Positions 13,846 through 26,685 of a stretch of DNA of 64,000 nucleotides are shown piece by piece (within the stretch, counting starts at the first letter, position 1; each line of letters begins with the position of its first letter). The notes below the pieces were generated by a model. The model made no database searches and had not been told where the DNA came from. It was given only the letters and a program-made list of their open reading frames with translations. The position numbers were made by a program, and so were the translations under genes. The DNA is from Botryllus schlosseri (taxonomy: Eukaryota), in NCBI GenBank assembly GCA_051294905.1, contig CM119372.1, forward strand, positions 34,412,001 through 34,476,000. The letters are read 5' to 3'.

Positions 13846-14960
13846 TCAAAGTAGGCTCTTTTAACAAGCACAGAAATTCAATTATCGAACACCGTTTACA
13901 AGACAATATTCTACATGGGTAGGCCTACATGTATTTTCACGGTTATTCGCAAAATGATAAACTAAAATTGGCATAAATGGAGGGGGGCTCATAAAATCAA
14001 AGTAAGCTCTATTAGCAGGTGCAAAAATTTAATGATCGACTACTGTTTATGGTACCATATTCTACATGGGTACATATATTTTCACGGTTACTCGTAAAAT
14101 GACAACTAAAATTCGCATAAATGTAAGGGGGGGGGGGCTCATAAAATCAAAGTAAGCTCTTTTAGCAGATGCAGAAATTTAATGATCGACTGTTTACGGT
14201 ACCATATTCTACATCGGTACATACGTTTTCACGGTTATTCGCAAAATGATAACTAAAATTCGCATAAATGTAGGGGGGGGGGCTAATAAAATCGAAGTAA
14301 GCTCTTTAAGCGGATGCAGAAATTCAATGATCGACTACTGTTTACGGTACGATATGCTACATGGGTACATGTATTTTCACGGTTATTCGTAAAATGATAA
14401 CCAAAAATCGCGTAAATGAAGAAGGGGCCCCCCTCATAAAATCAAAGTAAGCTTTTAGCAGGTGCAGTAATTTAATGATTGACTTCTGTGTGCGGTATTA
14501 CATTCTACATGGGTACATGTATTTTCAGTTATTTGCAAAATGATAACATTTGCGTATATGTAGGAGGGGGGCCCTTTAGCTAAAGGCAAAATAGATAGAG
14601 ATCATCACATCAAAGTGAGCTCTTGCAACTAGCGCAGAAATTTAATGATCGACTACTGCTTACGGTACCATATTCGAAATTGGCGCATGGATTTTTGTGG
14701 TTATTCGTAAAATGATTACTAAAAAATGAGATTTGATGATTGACCTGTCTTTACGGTACACTACCATATTCTTTATGGATACAAGGATTCCGCGGTTATT
14801 CAGAAAATGGTAATACTTAAAAAAAAAGCTCGTAAACCGGAGAAATAGTTGGAAAAAGCGCGTAAACCGAGGAGGGGGGGGGGGGTCTCGAAAGCGCGTA
14901 AATCAACCAGGGGGGGCCCTAGGCGACCGCCTACCTCGCCTACCCCAAAAGCCACCACTG
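13846..14960. repeat. ~145-165 bp tandem array (~6 units), probably internal to a non-autonomous DNA transposon ending ...CCACCACTG at 14960
   Basis: ATCAAAGTAAGCTCT-like motif recurs at ~13846, 13996, 14146, 14291, 14441 and 14609. Confidence 0.8.
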
Positions 14961-16764
14961 ATAGTGTCCTATATGGTGTCGACACAGGCAAATCTCACAC
15001 CTCAGTGAAATTGTATCACGTCATAATTTCCATTTGGCTACAGGCAATTTGACTGTCAATTTTGACCAGCTTGTTGAGCATTAAATTTGGTAAAACGGGT
15101 ATCAATCGAAAGCTGACTCTGCACTGATTACGACAATATAAATTTTATTCCGCTCGTGGCCCTGGAACTCCCACAATCAGCCCCGAATTTTTCATTGTTA
15201 TGGAGATTGGCATTGGGACGCAACGTAAGAGTACGTTCTTGAAATTGGTCTTTATCCCAGCTTGACCAACAATGCAAAAGAAATTGCATCGATTTTTGGA
15301 AGCACGTACGCATGTGACCAATAGTTTTGAACAATGAAATTCACGAAGAGCAAGCTAAGATCACGTATTTCGGACGTCCATTTTGAATAGGGTCTGATTA
15401 TTGTTTCATCTGACTTATTACCAGAAGTTGAAAACCTTTCACAAGCAAGCTGCGTCAATTGTCACATTTATTCTGTGTTGTTGAAGTGTAAATACATGTG
15501 TCTTCTGATTGGTATGATTGAGATTGCAGCAATGTAGGATAATACACCGAAGTGAGCGTAAAATAAAGTACTAAGAAAAATTCCGGCCCGCCAAAAAGTT
15601 GTACACCCGAAATCTGGCCGCGACTAGCAAAAGGTTGCCGACCCCTGGCCTATATTAATGAACACGATACCTAGCGCCAACTTGGGCCACATAATGCCAC
15701 AATGCTGAAGTACATATTGACGTTTTAAACGTCGCCGAATGTATCAACTGGGGCAATCATATGATATAATATTAACCCACAAAATCAGTAACTCCTAACA
15801 ATTTCGACGAGGACTTGCAACGGAATATAAGCTTACGCCTTAACGGCCTAGGCCAGACCGGACAATGCATTCGGCGTATTAGTATTGGTACGTCGATATT
15901 GAGTAGAGTGTAAAACGGGTTTCTATAGTTGCTACCGATGTTACCCCACCAACAAGTTATACAGCAGTAGTCAACACACCAATCACACGGATTTGGTTTT
16001 TGTGATACAATAAACATATGAAATGAAGATGTACCTTGTACGCGTGCTAGATTTGTTACATCAGACAACGATATCAACTTCATTGATTGGTTGAATAAAC
16101 ATCATTCGCTGACTACCTCCATGTGGTGTAGTTCGCCCTAGATGTTGTGTGATTGCGGGTCAAGCTCACAGCAGATAATCACTAAATTTTCGAGCAAACC
16201 ATTGTAGCAAAGCAAGTAAAATATTTGAGATCGTCAATGTGCCCGTTAGTTTACTGTTAATTTTTTATGCTGCCAGCGCCATTCATATAGTGGACCGCAG
16301 TTGAAATGCAATAAATTTCAATCAAACATGTTATAATGAAGTGAAAATTGTAATATATGGAAAAGGTTCGTAGTACAGAACCTATACAAAGGTTCGTTTG
16401 TAAACGTGAACCTTTATTTTTCTGAGGTTCACACACAGAACGCGAACGTGAACCTCACGTTCACACCATCCCTGAACAGTAGCTGTTGAAGTCAATCGGA
16501 CATCTGTGGCTGGTCAGAGTTGTCAACAATGTCTTTGAATGCTGGTTACATGTTGTATGTAAAAACCCTTAGTAAAGCCTGCACGTTAACATCAGTTATA
16601 TTGGAACGTAGCCTTGTCTCGGTAATGTTCACGGTCGAAAATATATGTACAGAGTACAGGTACACCCGAACAGAGCAAGTAGTTCCATGTCCGTATTTCC
16701 CAGGTTGGCAAACTTGGATTCATTCTGTGACGCATGAAATTTGTCGATGCTTTCAGATTAAAGT

Positions 16765-17262
16765 GCTTCTCGGAGGTACAGAACTTCAATATATAATTGA
16801 ATTGTATATTGAACAGTATATTTATATTCGGGGTAATCGTCAGCAACTAGTAGAGAATTGGAGAGAACATTGTATATTAGCAATCGTATCACAAAATATG
16901 ACGTCACCTGCTTGGAATGTAATGTAAAATAAGAGAGCGTTCGATGTACAATTTAAAGATTTTACACAAACTCTTTCTGCTGATGTATTTTGATAAAGTT
17001 CCACTCCAAGGCATGCACACGGATGAAAGTGTGAGCGGCCCCTTCCGATGACGCGAAATCTGTCGTCTGGATAATTTTTTGCACGAGCGGGATTATCAAA
17101 CAAATGTTTGCCAATGGCATAGTTTCTGGCCGTTGATCGTTCAGCACCAAACTTTAGCTTCACCGAGCTTTTCACCGAGCGTGATGCGCGTTTTCTACGA
17201 TGTTAATAAACAATGTTCTTTCCAATTCTCTACTGTTTGCTGAAAATAAATGGGTTCATTTC
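16765..17262 (-). mobile_element. Penelope-like element fragment (decayed GIY-YIG endonuclease C-terminus with inverted repeat)
   Basis: ORF 16840-17175 contains AIGKHLFDNPARAKNYPDDRFRVIGRGRSHFH, homologous to 18217-18537. It shares the GGGGTAATCGTCAGCAACTAGTAGAGAATTGG repeat. Confidence 0.75.
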
Positions 17263-17489
17263 AATATTGTACTTTCAGATTTGAATTTCACTTTCACGAT
17301 AGAAACTCTCTGCGGGCCGGTCAAAATCCCTGCGCGGCCGGATCCGGCCCGCGGGCCGTATGTCGCCCGCCCTTGGTCATTTCTGCCACGACAATGATTT
17401 CAGTAATTCAGCCCTTTGTGATGTTTCGGACGACGTCTATGCTCGCTCTCTTTCATCATCGGTATCTGTCGTTTTTCATGCGCCCATAG

Positions 17490-17675
17490 CTTGAGATTTG
17501 CTGCCTTAGACTCACCTTCACTCGGGGCTTTGGAAACGCTGCTACGGCAGTCAGGTCAGCGATTAGCCGCCCAGAGAAACCTCCGACACATAGAATTTGT
17601 GTCCGAACCGGGATTCGAACCACTGACATCTGGGCAGAGTGTAGTGATTCTGGCGCTTGACCAACTGCGCTGAAT
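17490..17675 (-). mobile_element. tRNA-derived SINE head
   Basis: Minus strand has an A-box-like GCGCAGTTGG and a B-box GGTTCGAATCCC at tRNA-like spacing, without a clean cloverleaf. Confidence 0.55.
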
Positions 17676-18131
17676 GGTAGACATCGGTGCGCACTAGCTA
17701 ATTAAGTGTAAATATTATTATTTAGCAAGGCCAGGTCGAACAAGACGATATGAATCCTTTTGTGTCCTGGATTTCGATTCATTGGATCTACTAAACTTAC
17801 TTGAAGACGCCAGACGACGTAATCAAGCTTACGAACCATCTCAGACGTAGGCACATCTCCGTCATCTCATCCGCGTGAGCGGTGTCTCAAAAGTACTAGA
17901 AGTGGGGCGTGCTACATGTCGGCAGTTACGGAATCAAAAATACGGACCATCGGCCAGGAGTAAATTACCATTTTAATAATCAAACACCATGAATACCACA
18001 AACAACCACAACCTCGCACACGTTTGCCTTACAAGTTGACATTTCACATTCAAGAACTATCAGACGGAGAAGTTATCGTGGTGAAGGATGCCAATTTCCA
18101 ATAGCGTAATCAGTGTGAAACAAATTCAAAC

Positions 18132-18742
18132 ATTAAATAGTATATTCATATTGAAATGAACCCGAATATTTTCGGCTGATACTCGCCAGGGGTAATCGTC
18201 AGCAACTAGTAGAGAATTGGAAAGAACATTGTATATCAACAATCGTATCACAAAATTTATCAGAACACGTGCGTCACGCTCAATGAAAAGCTCACCCTTA
18301 ACTCATCCACTTAAGATTGATGCTGATCGATCAAAGGCCATTAATTCTGCCATCGGCAAACATCTGTTGGATAATCCGATTTGTGCGAATAATTATCGAG
18401 ACGACCGATTTCGAATCGTAGGGCGAGGCCGTTCACAATTCCATTTGTGTGCCTTGGAATCAACTTTTATCAAAATACACCAACCAAAACTCTGTCAACA
18501 AAAGGAGTTCGTGTACCACCTAAAAATAGTACATTGAACGCTCTCTCATTCGAAATTTCATGCTGGTGACGTCATATTTTGTGATACGATTGTTGATATA
18601 CAATGTTCTTTCCAATTCTCTACTAGTTGCTGACGATTACCCCTGACGAGTGTCAGCCGAAAATATTCGAGTTCATTTCAATATGAATATACTATTTAAT
18701 TGTATATTGAAGTTCTGTACCTCCAAGAAGCTCTTCAAATTC
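18132..18742 (+). mobile_element. 5'-truncated Penelope-like retroelement with inverted pseudo-LTR
   Basis: ORF 18217-18537 ends SAIGKHLLDNPICANNY...LCALESTFIKIHQPKLCQQKEF, typical of the PLE GIY-YIG C-terminus. 125-bp inverted repeat at 18132-18256 / 18576-18700. Confidence 0.8.
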
Positions 18743-21329
18743 AAACATGTTATGCACCATTGGTTGCTCAATCAATCCCTACCTATTTATAGGAGAGGAA
18801 CACTCTTTGGCACGAATTATCACGCAGTGAAGCGACCGATTCACGCTGTGGAAATTCAAGAATAAATATTGTATTACAGACACGCTATCCTGTCGTGTTA
18901 CAAAAATTACAAAATTGTGCTTAAATTCGGTTCACAAACGATAACCATCGACTCAAAGGCGATTTCAATTGTGGCGTAGTAACGGTTAACGTTCATAGAA
19001 GTGCGAAGGATTTGACAAACGTGAAGAGTTCTATTTTGTATTCGGTAAAATTCCAATGGCAAGTATTTAAACCCACTCAAGCGACGCAGCTCATATTTTA
19101 AAAATAACAACGATCTACAGTGATACCTGATACGCGCTACGATTCGGCGGTACGACGCACTCTTCTGTGTACAGTGTATCAGCAAAACTTTGAATTCAAT
19201 ACTTCCCAGCAACTCTCCCGGAACGGAGGTCACTAAATGTCGGGGTGCGGCAGGATTGATTTGGTCTACAGCACAATATAGTTTTAGATATTCTAGTATC
19301 ATTATATCGACTTATAGACGCTTATATATGACAGAGACCTGTAGCCTATATGGTTTTATGAGCAACTGCGAAACTGGACAACGTCATTGCAATTGCTGAC
19401 TAGATGAAAGGGCAGACAGAAGTGGTAACTAGCGAAGTACTTCCATTTCTTTGGATTACTCAAGTAGTTTTCACCTACTTGCAGTACTTACTCGAATAGC
19501 CTAAATCTAGTTTTCCGTTACTTCTAATACTACTTCATCATATTTTGTAACTTACTTATTTTTCGCTATTTACAAGTATTATACATTCGCAAAAATAGAA
19601 TGAGACAGAAAAAGACGGATAAATTGTGAGGATGTTTTCGCGGAGAGTGCAGAATTTCCGTCCGAGATTGGGGTGAAATATATATAGAATCACCAAATAT
19701 ATTTCCCAGAAAGTAACGGCCAATAAAATTTATGCAGCGGTTTTGGGGCTCATGTGTGCATTGCCAGGCTGGATATAGTCGCCAATATGACAGTTTCATC
19801 ATAGTAAATAGAGCTCAGCAAATTGTTTTGAATTATGCGATCTAAACAATCGTCAGCTGCCTTCCTAATCGCGCAAATAAATCATCAATGTACACTGTAA
19901 AAAAAAACTCGATTTACCGCGAAATGTTTGGAAGCACGGTAGCCAGACATTTCGTGGTAATTTAACTTTACCGTTAGTCAATGTAAATTTAAGTTACACT
20001 CGTCCGGCAATCTCACTTTACACGCCTGATTGTAATGTTACAGTCACCTCCAGTATATCCAATCTACATTGTACACTCTACATTTGCCACTCAGAGTGTC
20101 ATTTTACCGCCTACCTACATACATGCTGTCTGTGTAAATCAGGATTACATACCAGCTTGTGAATTCACGTACATCCCATACCTATCGCAAAGCAACCCGA
20201 TGCTAAAATATCGCAAAAGCTTCTCCACACCCCCAAACGACATTGATACAAACTGTATATTCATTCATGATTCACGATGAGAAGATTATCGATGGAAAAG
20301 TATTGCTGCTGGAGGTCTAATTTTTCTTTAGGAGACATGCAGTAACACGAGTGGTCTCCCACCATCGGCCAAACTTCCAATTGTTTCTTTTTCTCGTCCT
20401 CATTCCTTCTGTGTAGCTAGTATCTTGCAGTTCCACTAAAAAGAATACATGCGTAAGTCGCTATATTAAGCAAAGTTCTATCCTAGACATGACATTATAA
20501 AGACTACTAAGACAAATAGGGTAACAAAAATATAACAATTTTTGAAGTACCGGTACTGGTACATTGTGTGGTGTCAGCTCCGTCTTTTACATGATATAGC
20601 AGAGATTCATGACTCACTTTATCAAATGCAGCAGGCAAGTTATAAATCATATTGCATCTTCGTGTGGGCCAATTATTATTAGTCATGCACTATATTGCAT
20701 GCTGTTATTTCTTGACCCCCCGATCAGAATTGTCCATCGTATCGGTAGTGGATATATATTGAAATCGCCCAAATGTACCATAAAAAAATTTATTTCGTGA
20801 GGAGCACACGATTCTGATTCCTGCTCAGATTTAGAAGGGCGCTACTATATTAGAATCGAAAAATTAAGTTATGTTGCGTGGAGCGCGAAGAAAATTTCGA
20901 GAATAAATAAAATTAAAAAAAAAATTGGGAGTGAATTAGTAATTTCAATTTGCATGTCGACGGATGCTAACACATACTAATTGAATTAGGTGTTGACAGC
21001 CGCACAAATTCCCATTCACGGCAGTAGGTGCCCATCTCAGATCTAATAGTATACGTATGGTATGTGTACTGAAAACGTACTACGACCTCAACGCAAGTTT
21101 GGTTTTTATTAACTAAATGAAGACTCAAGCAACTAAACGCGGCACATAAAACACTCAATATATATAGGTAAGGTAAGATGCGGGTAATCAACACAAATGC
21201 GTGTAATCTTCACAGTTGGTGAGATCATGAAGAAACAATAATCACCACAATCACCCCTCCTTAAAAATAAGACTACACTATAAATAAATCGTTACAAATG
21301 ACAAATTTTTAAGCTACAAACAAAATAAT

Positions 21330-21553
21330 TTAGGCCCAATCTCCGTATCTATCAGGAGGCCGACGGATGCGAGTAGATCGACGGAGAGATACTGCAGGCA
21401 TCGGACTGCCATCGTCGTCTGAGCGATCTACGTGAGAATCGGTGTTCGTGCGTTCTTTCTCATCCGACTGAATCGATTCTTCGACCACTTGTTCAGGCTC
21501 ACGCTCCGGAATCTCCATATCTTCCTCAGTTTCGGACTTTGAACGCAAGGATT
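21330..21553 (-). pseudogene. pol: C-terminal tail of the outer element's integrase, separated by the inner insertion
   Basis: Acidic tail ending LRRSTRIRRPPDRYGDWA*, typical of Gypsy IN ends; continues the 26686-27018 segment across the inner element. Confidence 0.8.
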
Positions 21554-24500
21554 TGTACAATTATGCATTTATTAGTGAGTTTTATACTCAAATAAATGAT
21601 TAAGCTGTAAATAAAGCAACGAAAGACTTAACCGAAACTTGCACTTGTCACTACCTTCAACTCCAGTGAGTTGACACAAACGTCTTTGTTAGCATGAACA
21701 CAAGTCATGTGTGACGGTATGAGCCATAACCATACATCCCCCCACAACTCCGATAAAGGCACAACTTGAGGAGTTGAAAAGAAAAAGGCGCAACAATAAA
21801 CATGCATCAATATGAATACAACGCGCCCAGGACATAGTCTTTGTGCCAAAGTGGAGGATTTTTGACACGGTTTGACTTGCGGCCACCATCAGCGCTGGTT
21901 GATGGTGAAGTGCCAGGAGAGTCATCATCCATGTACGCATCGTCAACATCATCCACAGGCTGGTCGTTGCAGTCTTCTTCCTCGTGAGCGTCATTGAGAA
22001 TCCTCTGCGCGGGATTCGCACCATCAACATGCGGTGACTCAGGTGTCGGCACGGGTGATAAAGTTTCCGTACCATGCCGCTTTTCAGCATATCGACAGAA
22101 TGGCTGTACTTTACGAAGGTACTGTCTGTTTCGCAAAGTCAATCTCCCGGACCCATCAATCTTAACAAGATACTGGTCATTGCCGTTACACTGAACAATC
22201 ATACCGGTCTTGTCCCATCGAAGAGGGAAACGTCCATGTTGATTTTGTACACGACATATGTCCCCCACTTCAAGGGGTGCCAGATTATGAGTGCGTGGTC
22301 GCAAAGATTCGAGCTGCTTAGCGAACCTGGTACGTAATGTACGTTCTCTTGTTTGCCATAGCTTTGTCCACATCGGTCTTACGATATGTCCGTTGAAGAC
22401 TGAACCTACTTTCTTGAATGGCAGAGCGTCTTTCAAAGGTCTTCCAAAAACGATTTGAGCTGGAGACAGGCCATTGTCTGGATCAGGACAGTTTCTGAAC
22501 TGTAACACGGCTCGTACAAATGAGTCGGTTCGGAGCTCACCATCCTGTGATATATTTCCAGTGATAAGTCGTTTAATTGACTTGACCGCAATTTCAGCCC
22601 GGCCATTTGATCGAGCATTGTATGCTGAAGACAGTCTGTGCCGAACACCCCATCGACGTAGGAAATCTTGCGTGCTATGAGCGGTGAATTCAGGTCCGCC
22701 ATCGCTGCTCAGTTCTTCTACAACGCCGAATGTCATGAAGTAGTTCCGTAAAGCATCTTGCAGTCCAAGTGCACCAGAGGTTTGAGTGCCAGGCTTGATA
22801 TGAAAGATTTCAGGCCAATTGCTGAAACGATCGATGGCTACGAGATACTGGTGACCTGCAACAGTGCAGTAATCTGCGGCAATAGCCTGAAAGGGGTATG
22901 TCGGTACGTAAGGATCACAAGGGGGCAAATGCGGCTGGCTCGGTGCGGACCTGCTACACGCATCACATTGTGCCCGCGTTCTTGCAATGCAAGCCGACAT
23001 ACCGGGCCAGAAAACAGTAGCTTGAGCTCTCTGTGACATGGCATTGATACCTTGGTGAGCAGAATGAAGGGTGTCACATATTGGTTTCCTCAGAATTGAC
23101 GGTATAACAACTCGATCATCATACATGCGACATCATCAACAATAGAAAGCTTACCACGATAGCGCCAATATGCTTGGACCTGAAACGGCAACTGATCCGA
23201 TCCACGTGAGAATCCTGAGACGATGTATTCCTGCAGCTTACTGAGAGTATCATCGCATAGGGTAGCTTTTCGCACATCCTCCCATGAAATGACTTCAATG
23301 GCGTTCAGAGATGCCCTTGTAGCTGCAATAATAGATGTCTCTAGCTGGTTGTTTTCATCGTGACCTGCCGCCACACAATCGACTGGGTCCAGGGAGGACC
23401 AGTGAGTCGTGTCCAGTGATGCGGGGTGCCTCGAGAACGCATCCGATGCCGGTATGGATTTACCTGGAACATGAAAAATACGAAAGCGCCAGGACATCGT
23501 ACGCTGCTTCAGGCGGAATATTCTAGTGTTTGTAATATCGTCCAACGATTTGTCCCCGAAGATTTTGATCAGCGGTTTGTGATCGGTAGCGATAACAAGG
23601 TCATCACAGCCAAGGGTAAAGAACTTGGTATCCTCCAGTGACCATGCCACAGCAAGGGCTTCACCTTCAATCGGAGCGTATCGTCTTTCTGAATCACGTA
23701 AGAATCGGGAACCTGCCAGAGTAATTTTCCAGCCATTGGGACAGCAATCAGGCGTCATAGATTCGCACTCGCAGTATTTTTGACGCAGCCAGTACCCAAT
23801 GCCCGTTTTCGACCAGTCGGGATTCAAGCAAGTTTTTCGCTTCGGGTCAAAAATGCGCACCCCATTTCGGATTGCTTGAATAATCTCAGGTTTTGACTCT
23901 GCAAACGCCTCATCGAGTTCATTGGTCCACGTGAAAGAAGATTTCGGGCTAAGTAAGCTCTTGAATGGTGCCATCATGTCGGTAAGTTTGCCATAATGGG
24001 AGACTTGGTTCACAAGTCCAAACCACGACCGTATGTCTGACAGATTCTGTGGCCTTGGGAAACAGGCGATGGATTCCAAATATTTTGGAAGTGGACGTAC
24101 GTCGTCTGCCGTAATCTCGAATCCTGCAAATTCAATATGCTTACATGGAAATTGAAATTTCGAAGGGTTAAGAATGATGCCATTGCGTCCCATCAGTTCG
24201 AGATAATGAATCATTCTCCACCAATGTTCAGACAGACTGTCATCCCATAACACTGTGTCGTCGACGCACTTTGTCTTTCTAGGCACATCAGCGATTATCC
24301 GATCATATCGATGAGTGTATCCATCCCCGCTTGCTATGAAACCTTGTGGGGCCACTCGGTATCTATATCTGCCAAATTCAGTGATGAACGTGAGTAAGTG
24401 GCGATCATCTTCTCTGACTGGTACCGAATGGTAGCCATTCCAGGCGTCAGTAACCGATCTGAAAGTATCGGGTGGGATGGAACGGGCCTGATGAAATGGT

Positions 24501-26685
24501 GGAACGATGGTGCGTGTCCCGGGAGCAATGGCGGTTGAGGGATTGGAAGTCGATTACTCTGCGAGGACTTCCATCGCTTTTACGAACCCATATTGCTCGA
24601 TGACACCACTTTGTCGGCGTATTGGGTTCAACTTTTTCAATGACACCAAGACGCACGTCATCATCCAATTGTTTCTTAACTGCATCACGCCAGTGAATAG
24701 GCACTTGAGAAGGTGTGTGGACTGCTGCTGGCTTTGCATCTGGATCAACATGAATGGATATGGGTGTTCCAGACATGGAAGGCAACGTTTGATGTTTGCA
24801 CTTGTTGAATGTTGACGAACTAAATCGCAGTAGAAGCCATTGTTTCATCTTTTCGTTATTTTCCACACATGGCGTGAATGGGAGCTCAGTGGGCGAACTA
24901 GGAGGCAACGAGCGTTTTAGGCATTCACACGAGCGTTGATTACTATTGGTGTTTGAATATTCCTTTGTAGAGGCCGGAGCAGTAATTGCGGCAGCGCCAA
25001 CCGTAGGGAAATCCGGGCCAATAATATGCAATTGCTCCATTGCACCTCTGCTCATGTAGAACAAATCAGTCGAGTCTGTTACATAAACCATCTCGGCTGT
25101 TGCTATGCGATGTCCATTGCGCATTTTACCAGACATTCGAAGGAATACTGCACCCAGAATATTTATGCCCTCTTCATTAGCAGCAAGCATACGTTTAGTT
25201 ACGGGTAATAGACAGTTCTCAGTAAGCCCACATGCTAAGAACATTGTTAGGCCCATCAAAGACGACTGGGCACCACTGTCCGCAACACCTTTTACTGCCC
25301 TAGACGACATTTGTGGACATGGGATATTGAATTGATCATAATCTCGAGTATCAGTCCATACCTGCAATTCCACAGTCGGTTGCGGTTTTGATTCCTTTGC
25401 TAACCACCCCTTTGTTCCATCGAAGATGTAGTGCTTGAACGACGACTGATGTCCACGCGGAGTAGCATTACGCGTTGTCGATGCATGTTCATTATGGCGG
25501 TCAAGTGTTGAAAGAGATGCCATATGTCCAGACGGGCTAGATGCAGATGATACTTTTCTCTCTGTTTTCCAGCATTCTGAGCATTGTACGAATTCTTTCA
25601 AGAATTTTTTCCCGAATCGTCCCTTAATGTACTTGAATTTTTTAATTTTCTTGCCACAAGAACGACATCGTATCATGACATCAAGGTTGGCCGATGGCGG
25701 TGCATCTTGGACTTTTGGCACATTAGACGCGACAGTTCCGGTGTTATCGAATGATCCGAAACTCTGGCTACTAACAGAGATAGCACGAGACGCCATTTCT
25801 TTGGTTTCAATCACTTTAATAGTCTCTGGCAGAGTCCTGTCGTCCAGGTCAGGTAAACTGAGGATATCTCGCCGAATATCTTCATCTGCTATGCCTGATA
25901 TCACAACATGTTTGACGATGTCATCAGAATAGTTGACTATCTGATCACAGTCTTGTCGCGTGCACTTCATAGCAAATGTGCAGGTACGAGCTATTCCGTG
26001 GACCTGAGCAGCAAACGACCGAATAGGTTGATCACGATCCTGGCGACAACAGAATAGATTGGCCTTGCGAACACTTGCTGCTATATTCATAACAGCTAAG
26101 GCCTTAATGGTAGCCAGAAGTTCGTCCTCACTTATCCGAGACACATCATCAACTTGTTTGTAAAGGTCTGTTTGTAACGCAGATTCGCAGCATTGCCAGA
26201 GCTGATTAGTGATTTGATCTGCCGGCATATTCGTGCCCCCTTTAAATAATTCCCATTTGCGAAGGAATACATGCCAATCCTCAGCAGTCGTATCTCGAGA
26301 GACTACAGGGCGTTCCATGCTGGGAAGTTTTTGACGTGCGACACTGTCATTATGTTGTGTGGCCGTCTGGTGTACCATAGCATGAATGTTCAACTCTGCA
26401 GCAGCGATGGCAGCTTCAGTATCAGCAGTCTGGAATCCGCAATTCGGAAGAGGGCATTGACCGACAGGCATATCCGTTATCCAGGTGTATGAAGTTTAAT
26501 CATGTACAATTATGCATTTATTAGTGAGTTTTATACTCAAATAAATGATTAAGCTGTAAATAAAGCAACGAAAGACTTAACCGAAACTTGCACTTGTCAC
26601 TACCTTCAACTCCAGTGAGTTGACACAAAAGTCTTTGTTAGCATGAACACAAGTCATGTGTGACGGTATGAGCCATAACCATACA
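21554..26685 (-). mobile_element. Inner Ty3/Gypsy LTR retrotransposon
   Basis: 183-bp LTRs at 21554-21736 and 26503-26685 (1 mismatch seen). TSD GGATT (21549-21553 / 26686-26690). PPT-like GTTGTGGGGGGA next to the 3' LTR. Confidence 0.95.
21807..26471 (-). pseudogene. gag-pol: Inner element gag-pol polyprotein, broken by two frameshifts (~24505, ~23120)
   Basis: Protease VADSGAQS; RT DAWNGYH and CVDD; RNase H (DWS, E-AL, TDHKPL); integrase HSAHQG..C..C, SDGGPEF, SNGRAE. Confidence 0.9.

Larger units (their letters stand above)
6576..13847 (+). mobile_element. Copy B of AGT-terminated element family (one nearly complete arm, truncated just before the fold-back point)
   Basis: Starts AGTATTATAGTAGATTGG (copy D: AGTAGTTATATAGATCGG). 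Blockwise collinear with C and D. Carries the 41-42 bp array; last bases align with D ~57045. Confidence 0.8.

Noticed and set aside
17600..17675. Functional tRNA gene
   Set aside because: A and B boxes are present, but there are no convincing acceptor or anticodon stems. A SINE head explains it better.
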